A stretch of DNA of 64,000 nucleotides from Nitrospirota bacterium. GTDB lineage: Bacteria; Nitrospirota; Thermodesulfovibrionia; Thermodesulfovibrionales; Dissulfurispiraceae. Where the stretch lies: assembly GCA_040754455.1 (NCBI GenBank), contig JBFMCP010000001.1:1-64000 (forward strand), read 5' to 3'. Positions 20,690 through 30,800 of this stretch are shown here, piece by piece (positions within the stretch are counted from its first letter, which is position 1; the number at the start of each line of letters is the position of its first letter). Position numbers and translations under genes: made by a program. The notes under the pieces were generated by a model. It searched no databases. It was not told the DNA's origin and saw only the letters and a list, made by a program, of their open reading frames with translations.

Positions 20690-23600
20690 TTATTTCTCCG
20701 TTGTGACCGTCTCCATAAATGCTTCGAGTTGGAGCGCCACAGCGGGAGACTCTGTTCCATCGTAGGGAATGCTGATGCAGGGCACTCCATACTCCTTGTT
20801 GATCACCTTCAGCAGTGCGGTGACGATCGTGCCCGGCATGCACCCGAAGGGCATTGCATTGATGATGCCCGCGGCCCCCCTCTCGATAAGGTCGATCGCC
20901 TTGCCGATGCTCAATATGGTCTCGCCTTCAAAAGAATCATGGATATACGGTGATGCTTTCTCCATTATTTCCTTTGTCGTCGGCTCGTCCAGAGTTTTGA
21001 GAACTCCCTTGAAGGGGCTGCCGAATTTATGTTCAATCCTCTTTTGGAAGTACCTTTTTAAGGAAATATTCATCATATCAGACCAACGCTTTTTAATCAA
21101 GGCTTTTCTCAGCGACATGGTATTGACGTAGTAGACCCATTCTTCAATCGGCGCAAGCCAGACCTCCCCTCCGAGGGACTCGATCTTTTTGACGAGATCC
21201 TCATTAGAAAACCGGTGGGTCCGTACAAATATCTCGCCGATCACTCCTATCAGCGGTCTCTTCTCGTTGCGCCGCGGTATGGACCTGAAGTCGCTGCTCA
21301 TCGTGCTCAGAAGATGCTCCATTGCACCGTTGCGGCTCTGGAGGCAGCGGTACACCTGTTGGTGGTAGTGCCGGTACTTCTCCTCTGCATCACCGGAGGT
21401 CCTCTCATAAGGCCTGGTCTCGTGCAGGCATTTCGTCAACAGTTCATAAGCGATAATCCCCTTCCATGCAACCATGGGAAAATCGCTTCCTGCAATCCCC
21501 AGGTCCCGGTAGAACTGAACATCCTGATTGGGTGCATAGATCGGCACATCGCTCAATCCGAGCTTTTCGAGAATAAGTTTATGAGATATATTGTACTGGC
21601 CGAACCTGCAGGGACCGGTGCCGGAGGGCATGAAGAAGGCAGACTCTCCCGGCCTGAAATCGGAGGAAAAGACCTTTCTGAGCATGTCGCCGGTGGTGAC
21701 GAGATACGGATAGCACTCCTTGCCCGATACATATCTTCTGCCGATATCAACAGACTCTTTGTCCGACTCGGGAAGCACCTCTGCACGAACGCCGCAATAT
21801 TCGAACGCGGCTTTGAGCGCATGGGCATGGTCGGCCATGGGGGGGATATAAACGGTACGATTCTTGATCGGCGATGCGTGATGCGTGATGCGTGATGCGC
21901 AATGGTTTTTCCCTTTATCTTTTGACCCATTACCCGTTACGGACAACGCATTACGGTTTTTGTGCTGCTGCTCGATGCTGTCGAGAAATGCCTCACACCG
22001 CGTAATGGCGCCGGCATCGGCGCTGTGCTCGTCGATTTCGATATGCAGGAACGGTTTCCCTCCCATTTCTTCCTTGAAGTATTTCAGAATAAATGAATCG
22101 GGCCCGCACGAAAAATTGCCGAGATAGATTGCATGGAGCTGGGGCATGTCCCTGATGATCCTCGCCGCCTTAAGTATCCGCTGTCCCGAGCGCCAATACA
22201 TATTGGGCCATGCCTCATGGAGCGCTATCTCCTCTATCGGCAACATATCCATAGGGATCGAGAGCGTATCGATCGTAGAGAGCTTTTTTGGTATCTCGAG
22301 ATTGACACTCGAATCAAAGGCGTTGTAGGCCCTGCCGACGATGACGACGGCACGGGCGCCACTGGTGCGGAGCGCTGCAAGAACCTCGCTACCCTTTTCT
22401 CTCATCACCGTCCTGAAAGCATCCTGGGATGACCGGGCACGGTCCAGCGCCTCTCTCACAGCGCTTTCTCTAACGCCGTATCCTTTGAGCACTCTTGTCA
22501 GCTCGCGCACCAGATAATCCCTTCCCCGCCCCAGATCAACCACCGGGGTCAACGGCTGTGCTCCCCTCACCGCAGCCCGCGATATGTAGGGAATGGTCTG
22601 CGTGTGGGGGCATGCCAGCCCTCTCGAATAATCGCCCTTGCCTTCGTTGACATTGATGAAGCTGGGGACGAAGAGCGCATCGATCCCCTCATCGACCAGA
22701 TATTTCACATGGCCGTGCGCAACCTTTACCGGAAAGCACACTTCAGAGAGTACATTCTCGAGGCCGAGATTGATAATATGCTTGTTGGTTTTTGGTGAGA
22801 CGACCACATCAAAGCCGAGTTCCCAGAGGAAGGTCGTCCAGAAGGGTAAGAAGTCCTGGAAGAAGAAAATGTACGGTATTCCGATTTTAGCACGACCGGG
22901 AGAGCCGGCAGGCCGGTGAACCGGCGACATTGCTTTTTCTTCCGCTCCTCCGGTGCGCCCCTTCATCCTCATCAGATGGTCCTTCCAGAGCATCTCCTCT
23001 CTGAATGCGAAGAGGTCCGGAAGTGTCGATGTCCTCGCCTTTCGTATATCGTATTTTTCGCACCTTCCTCCGTAGAAGAGATGTCCTGCTTCACCCTGGA
23101 CCTTGACCTTATTGATTTCGCAGACATTGGAGCACCCCCTGCATTCGAAGGAACTGATTTCATACGGCTGCTGTAACAGCGCAAACCCCTTGAAGGCCGT
23201 CACGCGCGGCGCGTAATCCGTATTTTTACCTTTTATCTCGTTACGCGTGACGGATAATGCGTTGTGGTCGTTCATGTGTTTCATCGCGATCAGTGCCATG
23301 CCGATAGCGCCGGTTACATCATGATGGGGAGGCACCGTCACCTGCTTGCCCAGATACTTTTCAAAGGCTGCAACGACCGCCTTGTTGAACGCCACGCCGC
23401 CCTGGAAAAATATCCTTTCGCCGATCGGCTTGCCGGCAACGACCCTGTTCACGTAGTTCTGGACTATGGAATAGGCAAGCCCCGCGAGAAGGTCATTCTT
23501 GTCGGCGCCGCGCTGCAGATTCGCCATGAGCGAGTTCTCCATGAACACCGTACAGCGCTCGCCCAGCCTGCAGGGGCTCTTCGCGCGGAACGACCGTTCG

Positions 23601-25018
23601 GCAAATTCCTCTTTTACGGAGACGTTGAGCTTCTCCGCCTGCTCCTCGATGAACGAACCGGTGCCTGCTGCACAGGCCTTATTCATCTCGAAATCGACGA
23701 TAACACCGTCCCTGATCGAAATATATTTCGAATCCTGCCCCCCGATTTCGAGGATGGTGTCGACCTTCGGATCAATAAAGATCGCTGCAGTGGCCTGGGC
23801 GGTAATCTCGTTCTTCACAATATCGGCGCCCACGTAATCGGCGATCATATATCTTCCGGAACCGGTGGTCCCGACCCCCCGGATCTCAATACGGTCGCCT
23901 ACTTCTCTATAAATTTCATCAAGCCCCTGCCGCACCGCTTCAATAGGCCTGCCCGCGGTCATGAGATAGCGTTTTGCAAGAAGCCTGCCCTGCTCATCGA
24001 TCACCGCGAGATTGGTACTGATAGAACCGATATCGATACCGAGAAAGGCCGTAATTCGTGACGTGTGATCCGTGATGTGTAATGAGATCCCCTCATTTGT
24101 CTCGTTACGCGTTACGCATAACGCATTGCGGTCGTTGAGGTGTCGTTCGGCAAAATCATCTCCCGCTTCGAGCAGTGCTTTATGCCCTTGTCCGCCAAAT
24201 GATGCTGATGCAAGATAGCCCTCCAGCCTCTCCAGATCAAATGCGCTGCTGCGCTGTTCATCTCTATCCTTCAGTGCAGCGCCGAGAGCGCCCATAAGGG
24301 CGAAGTCTTCAGGGATGAACAGCTCATCGAGATCGAAAATCTCTTTGAAGGCCCTTACCACTCCGTCATTGGCAGCCACGCCGCCCTGAAAAGCGACGGG
24401 AAACTTGATCTCCCGTCCTTTGGCGATCGTACCTTTGAAATTCCGTGCTACGGCAAAGCAGAGCCCGGCAACAATATCCTCCACCGGCGTGGCAATCTGC
24501 TGTAGGTGTATCATGTCCGACTTTGCAAAAACGCTGCATCGTCCTGCGATTTTTGAAGGCCTCTGTGACCGGACGGCCATGGCACTGAACTCCTCTATGG
24601 TAAGCTGCAGCCGCTCGGCCTGCTGTTCAAGAAAAGAGCCGGTGCCCGCAGCACAGACGGAGTTCATAGAGAAATCTCTTATGCCCCCCTCTTCGAGAAG
24701 GATCAATTTGGAGGCCTCTCCTCCCATTTCTATAACGGTTCTGATGGAAGGGTACAGCTTTCTTATGGAATAGGCCTGCGCAACAATCTCATTGACGGGC
24801 TTGATCCCGAGTACAGAGGCGATCACCCTTGCAGCAGAACCGGTGAGCGAGAGCCCGCTTCCGGGATACTGCTCGCGTGCTTCCTTGAGAAGCTCAAGGG
24901 CTGTCCTGATGGGATGGCCGTAATGGCGTACATACCGCCCTTTGACTTTCCTGCCCTGGTCATCAATGACAACCAGCTTTACCGCTACTGAACCTGCATC
25001 ACAACCGATATGATACAT
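20690..25018 (-). CDS. Fused CoA-substrate-specific activase (2x BadF/BcrA ASKHA) + DUF2229 + 2-hydroxyacyl-CoA dehydratase-like domain
   Basis: GCDAGS/GIDIGS, two MNxxCAAGTGSF, RCSVF/RCTVF, CFPVK, NFSCGPD, GPCRFG, PFGCMPG; real start is probably ATG 25018 (GGAGTGAGG RBS). Confidence 0.9.
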   Translation of the reverse strand: MYHIGCDAGSVAVKLVVIDDQGRKVKGRYVRHYGHPIRTALELLKEAREQYPGSGLSLTGSAARVIASVLGIKPVNEIVAQAYSIRKLYPSIRTVIEMGGEASKLILLEEGGIRDFSMNSVCAAGTGSFLEQQAERLQLTIEEFSAMAVRSQRPSKIAGRCSVFAKSDMIHLQQIATPVEDIVAGLCFAVARNFKGTIAKGREIKFPVAFQGGVAANDGVVRAFKEIFDLDELFIPEDFALMGALGAALKDRDEQRSSAFDLERLEGYLASASFGGQGHKALLEAGDDFAERHLNDRNALCVTRNETNEGISLHITDHTSRITAFLGIDIGSISTNLAVIDEQGRLLAKRYLMTAGRPIEAVRQGLDEIYREVGDRIEIRGVGTTGSGRYMIADYVGADIVKNEITAQATAAIFIDPKVDTILEIGGQDSKYISIRDGVIVDFEMNKACAAGTGSFIEEQAEKLNVSVKEEFAERSFRAKSPCRLGERCTVFMENSLMANLQRGADKNDLLAGLAYSIVQNYVNRVVAGKPIGERIFFQGGVAFNKAVVAAFEKYLGKQVTVPPHHDVTGAIGMALIAMKHMNDHNALSVTRNEIKGKNTDYAPRVTAFKGFALLQQPYEISSFECRGCSNVCEINKVKVQGEAGHLFYGGRCEKYDIRKARTSTLPDLFAFREEMLWKDHLMRMKGRTGGAEEKAMSPVHRPAGSPGRAKIGIPYIFFFQDFLPFWTTFLWELGFDVVVSPKTNKHIINLGLENVLSEVCFPVKVAHGHVKYLVDEGIDALFVPSFINVNEGKGDYSRGLACPHTQTIPYISRAAVRGAQPLTPVVDLGRGRDYLVRELTRVLKGYGVRESAVREALDRARSSQDAFRTVMREKGSEVLAALRTSGARAVVIVGRAYNAFDSSVNLEIPKKLSTIDTLSIPMDMLPIEEIALHEAWPNMYWRSGQRILKAARIIRDMPQLHAIYLGNFSCGPDSFILKYFKEEMGGKPFLHIEIDEHSADAGAITRCEAFLDSIEQQHKNRNALSVTGNGSKDKGKNHCASRITHHASPIKNRTVYIPPMADHAHALKAAFEYCGVRAEVLPESDKESVDIGRRYVSGKECYPYLVTTGDMLRKVFSSDFRPGESAFFMPSGTGPCRFGQYNISHKLILEKLGLSDVPIYAPNQDVQFYRDLGIAGSDFPMVAWKGIIAYELLTKCLHETRPYERTSGDAEEKYRHYHQQVYRCLQSRNGAMEHLLSTMSSDFRSIPRRNEKRPLIGVIGEIFVRTHRFSNEDLVKKIESLGGEVWLAPIEEWVYYVNTMSLRKALIKKRWSDMMNISLKRYFQKRIEHKFGSPFKGVLKTLDEPTTKEIMEKASPYIHDSFEGETILSIGKAIDLIERGAAGIINAMPFGCMPGTIVTALLKVINKEYGVPCISIPYDGTESPAVALQLEAFMETVTTEK
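21870..21956. repeat. In-frame bipartite heptamer (CGTGATG) inverted repeat inside the activase gene
   Basis: ggcgatg cgtgatg cgtgatg cgtgatg cgcaatg - spacer - cattacc cgttacg gacaacg cattacg. Confidence 0.8.
23198..23266. repeat. In-frame bipartite heptamer repeat copy inside the activase gene
   Basis: Encodes HNALSVTRNEIKGKNTDYAPRVT, homologous to the other two copies. Confidence 0.7.
24050..24130. repeat. In-frame bipartite heptamer repeat copy inside the activase gene
   Basis: cgtaatt cgtgacg tgtgatc cgtgatg tgtaatg - spacer - cgttacg cgttacg cataacg cattgcg. Confidence 0.8.
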
Positions 25019-25166
25019 GCGCGCCTCACTCCAGGGTATTTGAGTATTTCGCTTTGCACCTACTGCAAGCACAGGCTGCGGATTCCGCCCTATAAAAACA
25101 ATAACATATTCAAACCATCTTATAAAGCCCTTTGGGGGCTGATGGTGATGGGCGGAGCTTTGGAGC

Positions 25167-25460
25167 CTAGCGATGTTGTCTGCTGCTGCAGAAGAGGAGA
25201 AGAGGAATAAACAAGCGGTCCTTACCAGGAGACCGTGGTCTGCCGGCCTTTTGCCTTTTGAGGGGTAAGGCTTTTTTTGTTCCGACACTATTACAGTCGA
25301 AGCCGGGCTTGTCTTTTTGCGGCATCTGAAGCTTCGTCGTATCCGATAACGCACCGTTACTTTCCTTATCACCATATCCCCCGGCAGCTCCGGCCGGCGG
25401 AGGGCAAAGGAGAGCACACGTGAGCAGCACGACTCCTATTGTATAATGGATTGTTTTCAT
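25167..25460 (-). CDS. Small secreted hypothetical protein
   Basis: GGGAGAG RBS, signal peptide MKTIHYTIGVVLLTCALLCPPPAGA. Confidence 0.6.
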   Translation of the reverse strand: MKTIHYTIGVVLLTCALLCPPPAGAAGGYGDKESNGALSDTTKLQMPQKDKPGFDCNSVGTKKALPLKRQKAGRPRSPGKDRLFIPLLLFCSSRQHR

Positions 25461-25531
25461 ACTCTCTCCCGACGTGTTTCCAGGATTACGAGATGGTGGA
25501 TACGACCTCGGTCGTGTACGATCCAAACCTA

Positions 25532-25547
25532 AGCAAGTATGTTGCCA
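25532..25547 (-). promoter_or_regulatory. Sigma54 (-24/-12) promoter
   Basis: Minus strand TGGCAACATACTTGCT fits TGGCAC-N5-TTGCW with one mismatch, ~70 nt upstream of ATG 25460. Confidence 0.7.
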
Positions 25548-25800
25548 TGAATGGAACCGGTTGATTTTCTGTGATCACTGTTGCCGCTCTTCAGCTTTGT
25601 TGTAAAGATCGGCAACAGGAAGAGTCGGAGATGCTTACACTGTGCTCTCAGTCAACAAATATTCTCTTTTACCGATAACAATCGTGTAATATAGAGAGCA
25701 TCCGATGCCTTCGTAAAAACCGCGTAAAGGAGGAGCATCTCTTCCTGCGGCCGAGCGGGAGATGAGAGGCCGTGGGAGGAGAGCCAAAGAAACTCAGACA

Positions 25801-27051
25801 ATGACACCGTTTATTCAAAAATATTTCGTTTTTGATACCAGCGTCCTGGTCCACGATCCGCATGCTTTGAGCGAGTTTGAAGACAACCATGTTGTCCTCC
25901 CTATTGCTGTCATCGAGGAGCTGGACAAGCTCAAAAAAGAGAACTATACGGCACGTGAGGCGCTGCGACAGATCGACCACTTCTGCGAGCAGGGGGATAT
26001 CCATAAAGGGGTTCTGCTGCCCGAAGGAGGCACGATCAGGATCGATACGCGGCTCAAGGAGACGAACGGGAACAGGCTTTCCGCTGATGACCGGATCGTC
26101 GAGACCGCGCTCAGGATCAGGAAAGAGGTCGACGCTTCGGTCCCGGTAATCGTCGTGTCCAAGGATACTTCCGTCAGGATAAAGGCAGAGGCCCAGGGCG
26201 TGAAGGCGCAGGACTACAAGCGGGACAAAACTACGGTCTTCCAGGATTACGGCAAAGTCATGTATGCTGGCAATGATTACACCAATGGTATCGAATCGGT
26301 ACGTTACCGCGTCGAAGGAGACCGCATCTACCGGCTTTACGGCAAAGACAACCAGATGCCCATTGGAAGGAGGGATAAGCTGTACGGCCTCTCCTTTAAG
26401 AACATAGAGCAGGAGTGTGCAGCAGATGCCCTTGTCTCGGATGATATCTCCATGGTCGCCCTTACCGGCACTGCAGGAGCCGGCAAGACGCTCCTCGCCC
26501 TTGCAGCAGGGCTCCACCTCTATGAGAAAAAAAAGATCGAGCAGGTGATGGTTGCACGGCCTATCATTCCGATGGGCAAGGATCTGGGATTCCTTCCCGG
26601 TGATATCGAGGCGAAACTCCACCCTTGGATGCAGCCAATCTTCGATAACCTCGAGGTGCTGGTCTATACGCCCCGCGAAGAGAAAGACAACAGGAAGGCG
26701 AAGTACAACAGCGCAAAGTATCTCATCGAATCGGGCATCGTCCACATCGAACCGCTCACCTATATCAGGGGAAGAAGCCTTCCCCGCCGCTACATGATCA
26801 TCGATGAGGCGCAGAATCTGAGACCTATCGATACCCTGACCATTGTGACAAGGGCCGGGGAAGGGACAAAGATCATCTTCACCGGAGATCTGACACAGAT
26901 CGATTCTCCCTACCTGGATTCAGGCAGCAACGGCCTCTCCTTCCTCATCAGCAGGTATATCAACGAGCCCGACTTCTGCTATCTCCAGCTCTCAAAGAGC
27001 GCGCGGTCGCGGCTTGCGGAGAGGGCTGCAGAGCTGTTGAAGCTCAGATAG
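25801..27051 (+). CDS. PIN-PhoH (PhoH2/YlaK-like) protein
   Basis: PIN VFDTSVL..VIEELD..DD..SKD; Walker A GTAGAGKT; LGFLPG; IRGRSL; DEAQN; TGDLTQID. Confidence 0.93.
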   Translation: MTPFIQKYFVFDTSVLVHDPHALSEFEDNHVVLPIAVIEELDKLKKENYTAREALRQIDHFCEQGDIHKGVLLPEGGTIRIDTRLKETNGNRLSADDRIVETALRIRKEVDASVPVIVVSKDTSVRIKAEAQGVKAQDYKRDKTTVFQDYGKVMYAGNDYTNGIESVRYRVEGDRIYRLYGKDNQMPIGRRDKLYGLSFKNIEQECAADALVSDDISMVALTGTAGAGKTLLALAAGLHLYEKKKIEQVMVARPIIPMGKDLGFLPGDIEAKLHPWMQPIFDNLEVLVYTPREEKDNRKAKYNSAKYLIESGIVHIEPLTYIRGRSLPRRYMIIDEAQNLRPIDTLTIVTRAGEGTKIIFTGDLTQIDSPYLDSGSNGLSFLISRYINEPDFCYLQLSKSARSRLAERAAELLKLR

Positions 27052-27085
27052 GAGGCTGTTGTTGATGCTCGCGGCTTTGGCTCTC

Positions 27086-27229
27086 TCACCGCCCCTTGTA
27101 GCCGGGGCATCCCTCGAAGCCCTTGCATCCGGCACTTCTCAGCTTGCATTCCTTGTTGGTGCAGATACAGGAATGCTTTTCCTTCACCGATGCGTGTCGT
27201 TTCTCCGGTCTCTTGCATTCTTTAATCAT
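27086..27229 (-). CDS. Small Cys-rich protein, 47 aa (not in the ORF track)
   Basis: AGAGGT RBS; MIKECKRPEKRHASVKEKHSCICTNKECKLRSAGCKGFEGCPGYKGR*. Confidence 0.55.
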   Translation of the reverse strand: MIKECKRPEKRHASVKEKHSCICTNKECKLRSAGCKGFEGCPGYKGR

Positions 27230-27392
27230 AGCGCTACCTCTCGGCGGGGTTCTGCTTATATTATAGCCGAGGTGGGGGACTATTGATAACGATTTCTACC
27301 CTTTGGGATGAATAAAAGCCCAAAGGGCAAAGGATTGCGGTGAGTGACGTTATTCAAGAAAGGATAAGCAGCGAGGAGGAGACGGTGCACGG

Positions 27393-27614
27393 TTACTTTC
27401 TATGCTCCCGCTCCTGCTTGTTATACTCGCTGATGATCTTCCGGATTTCTTCCGCCTCCTTCGGGAGGGTCCGCGCCCTGCCGCCACGCTCATATTCGCC
27501 TTCGTAGACATCCCAGTTGCCGTGCTGGTTCGCTACATACTTTATTCCGTTGTACTCATAGCAGGTGACCAGCATCCCGTTATAGAAGGACTTCACGAGA
27601 GACTTCTTTACCAT
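27393..27614 (-). CDS. Small hypothetical protein
   Basis: AGGAG RBS; plausible composition. Confidence 0.7.
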   Translation of the reverse strand: MVKKSLVKSFYNGMLVTCYEYNGIKYVANQHGNWDVYEGEYERGGRARTLPKEAEEIRKIISEYNKQEREHRK

Positions 27615-27810
27615 CTTGCCGCTCCTTTCCCCTGTCCTTTACTGTAGTATCTTGTCGAGCAATAAGAAGATCGTCAAGGCATTGAAAACACATGATTCCC
27701 TACCTAATGAGCATTACTTTCCCTTACATTTAAAACGGGAATTCTCACTGCACGCTTCTTTCGTACAAGGTAGTACAGTTATCGGCTCGGAAGAAAAAAA
27801 ATTGAGCTGG

Positions 27811-30800
27811 TTATTTTCCCTCGCACCACTGCCGTGCGTTCTGGAACATCTTCAGCCAGGGAGATGCCGTGAGGGTTTCCTTCATCTCCGCGGGCATCCA
27901 TGCCCACTGCCAGATGAGAAATGCCCGCTCGGGATGGGGCATCATGGCCAGGTGTCTGCCGTCAGGGGTACAAAGCGCAGCAATACCCAGCGGTGAGCCG
28001 TTAGGGTTGAAGGGATATTGCTCAGTGATCCCACCGCGATCATCCACATATCTGATGGGCGCGAGGTCGTTCTTGAGCACTTCATCGAAAATCGCCGTAT
28101 CAGGGAAATGGGCACGTCCTTCCCCGTGGGCGACCCAAATGCCCAGGACGGAATTCTCCATGCCATGAAGCATGATCGCCGGGCTCTTGAGGATCTTCAC
28201 GCTCGCAAAGCGCGATTCGAACCTCCCCGACGTATTATGGACGAAACGGGGCTGGCGGTCATCGGCAATCCCCTGCCACGGCACCCAGCCGAGCAACGCT
28301 GCCAGCTGACATCCGTTACAGACACCGAGGCTGAACGTATCGGGTCTCTGGTAGAATCTCTGGAACTGCTCGTAGAGGCTCTTGTTGAACCTGATGGTTC
28401 CGGCCCAGCCTTTTGCCGAATCGAGCACATCGGCGTAGCTGAAGCCGCCGACGAACACGATGCCCTTGAACGTTGAAAGCGTTACTCTCCCGCCCAGCAG
28501 GTCCGTCATGGTCACGTCCCAGGGCTCAAAACCGGCCTGATAGAATGCGGATGTCATCTCCCGGTCGCCGTTGCTTCCCTCTTCGCGGATGATGGCCACT
28601 GCAGGCTTCGATGCTCTCTTCATAATGACCTCGGGCGTCTGCTCCGGGGTGAAAGAGACCCTGAACGTCGGGCCCGGACGATCATAGATCACTGCTTTCT
28701 CCTCGCGCACGCACTCGGGGTTCGCCTGGAGCAGATCAAGCTGATGGCTCGTCTCCTCCCACACTGCTCTCAGTTCCCGCATATCTCCATCAAGCACCGT
28801 TTTATCATTGAGCGTTATGGCAATCCTCGGTTCAGGTGAGGTCGCACCGATGATCCGGAAGGGAACGTTATGCTCCTTCAACACTGCAAGGACCGCCGCC
28901 TCCCGTTCCGGCATATACTCCACGACCACCCCCAACTCTTCGGAGAACAGAAGGGAGATCGGATCTTTCGAGGCGTTGTCATGCAGCTTAACCACCATGC
29001 CGCAGTTCCCTGCAAAGGCCATTTCGAGCAGTGTAATAATAAGCCCTCCGTCGCTCCGGTCATGTCCGGCGAGAATAAGTCCGCCGTCAATCATCTGCTG
29101 CACGGCATTGAAGGCATCTTTGAGCTGCTGCGTATTATCGACATCAGGCGACTCATGCCCTACCTGTTTGTAGCATTGTGCGAGGGCAGAGCCGCCCAGC
29201 CTGTCCTTTCCGTTCCCCATATCAACGAACAGCAATTTGCTTTTACCCGGCATTTTTATATCAGGTGTCACCACTTTGGTGATATCAGGACAGGTGGCAT
29301 AGGCGGAGATGACAAGGGCCCCGGGCGACTTTACCACTTCGGTCTCACCAGAGCCGTAGGTGACCCGCGCGGCCATGGAGAGGCTGTCCTTGCCGCCGTC
29401 AACAGCAATGCCGAGCTCGAGCATGATGTCGCGCATCGCGATCGCCGCATCATAGAGCCGCGCGCCTTCGCCGGGGAGCTTCGGCGCCCACATCCAGTTT
29501 GCCGAGCATCGGATATCCCTGATCCCGCTTATTCTTGCCCATACGATATTCGTCAATGCCTCGCCGACGCTCATCCTCGCCATTGCCGAGGGATTGATAA
29601 GCCCCTTGATCGGCTGTTCCCCGATCGAAAGCGCTGCGCCGGTAAAGTGGCCGCGCTCGTTCGGGAGATGGCTCTGGGCTATGACCGCAACATCCGCAAC
29701 GGTAAGGTGGAGCGGACCGGCGCACTGCTGCTGCGCGACCAGTCCGGTGACGGAACGGTCAACCTTGCTGGTCAGAAACCGCTTCGAGCCGACCGAGACG
29801 AGCCGGAGCACTCGCTCGAGGGCGTCATTAACGGTTATGCCTTCAGGCAGTGCGAGCGGCTGCGTATGCGCCTGGACACGCTCCATCCGGAAGGTCTTCT
29901 GGGGCATGTCGCCGAGCACTTTTTCGAGGCTCAGGTCTTCGGCAACGGTATTATCTTCGCTATCGTAGACAAAGATGCGGCCGTCGCCGGTGATCTCTCC
30001 GATAATGGCAACGGGGACTTTCTCCCGCTCACACAATCTCCGGAACATCTCGATATCACCCGAATGAACAAGGAGAGCGTCCTGCTCCTGATACTCGGCG
30101 CCCCATATCTCAAGGACCGAGAGGGTTGTATCGCCGATGACGACCTTCCGTATATCTATCTTCGCGCCTGCGGGATGGATGATCTCCTTTACCACATTGC
30201 AGTTGCCGCCAGCCCCCTGGTCATGGATGCTGACGATGGGGTTCGTATCGCCGAGCTCGACACAGGCCCTGATGACCCTGTTCAGTTTCTGCTCCATCTC
30301 GGCATCGCCGCGCTGCACGGCATTGAAGTCGAGGTCCTCGACATTTTCGCCCTGGATCATGCTCGACGCCGCACCGCCGCCCATGCCGATACGGTAGGCA
30401 GGTCCGCCGACCTTGACCACTACCATGCCCTTTTCAGGCTGGTGCTTTTCGATATGGCGTGCATCGATCTGTCCGACGCCGCCGGTGAACATGATCGGCT
30501 TGATCCACTCTCTCCGCTCGCCGTCGGGGAGACGCAGGCCGAATGATCGAGTGAAGCCCTGTATGACCGGCTCACCGAACTTGTTGCCATAATCGGAAGC
30601 GCCGTTACTTGCCTCGATTTCGATCTGGAGCGGCGAGGCGAGGTTGCCCGGATAGACAAACGAGCCGTGCTCCCACGGGAGCGGGTAGCCCGGGATCTGG
30701 AGGTTGCCGACACAATAGGCTGCGGTCCCTGCAACAAAGAGGCTTCCCCTGCCGGTTGCATGGATATCCCTGAGCCTGCCGCCGGTGCCGGTCTCCGCAC

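Noticed and set aside
25019..25417. 133-aa N-terminal extension of the 1575-aa activase ORF
   Set aside because: Homology begins at MYHIGCDAGS (ATG 25018, good SD); the extension overlaps a better ORF in another frame.
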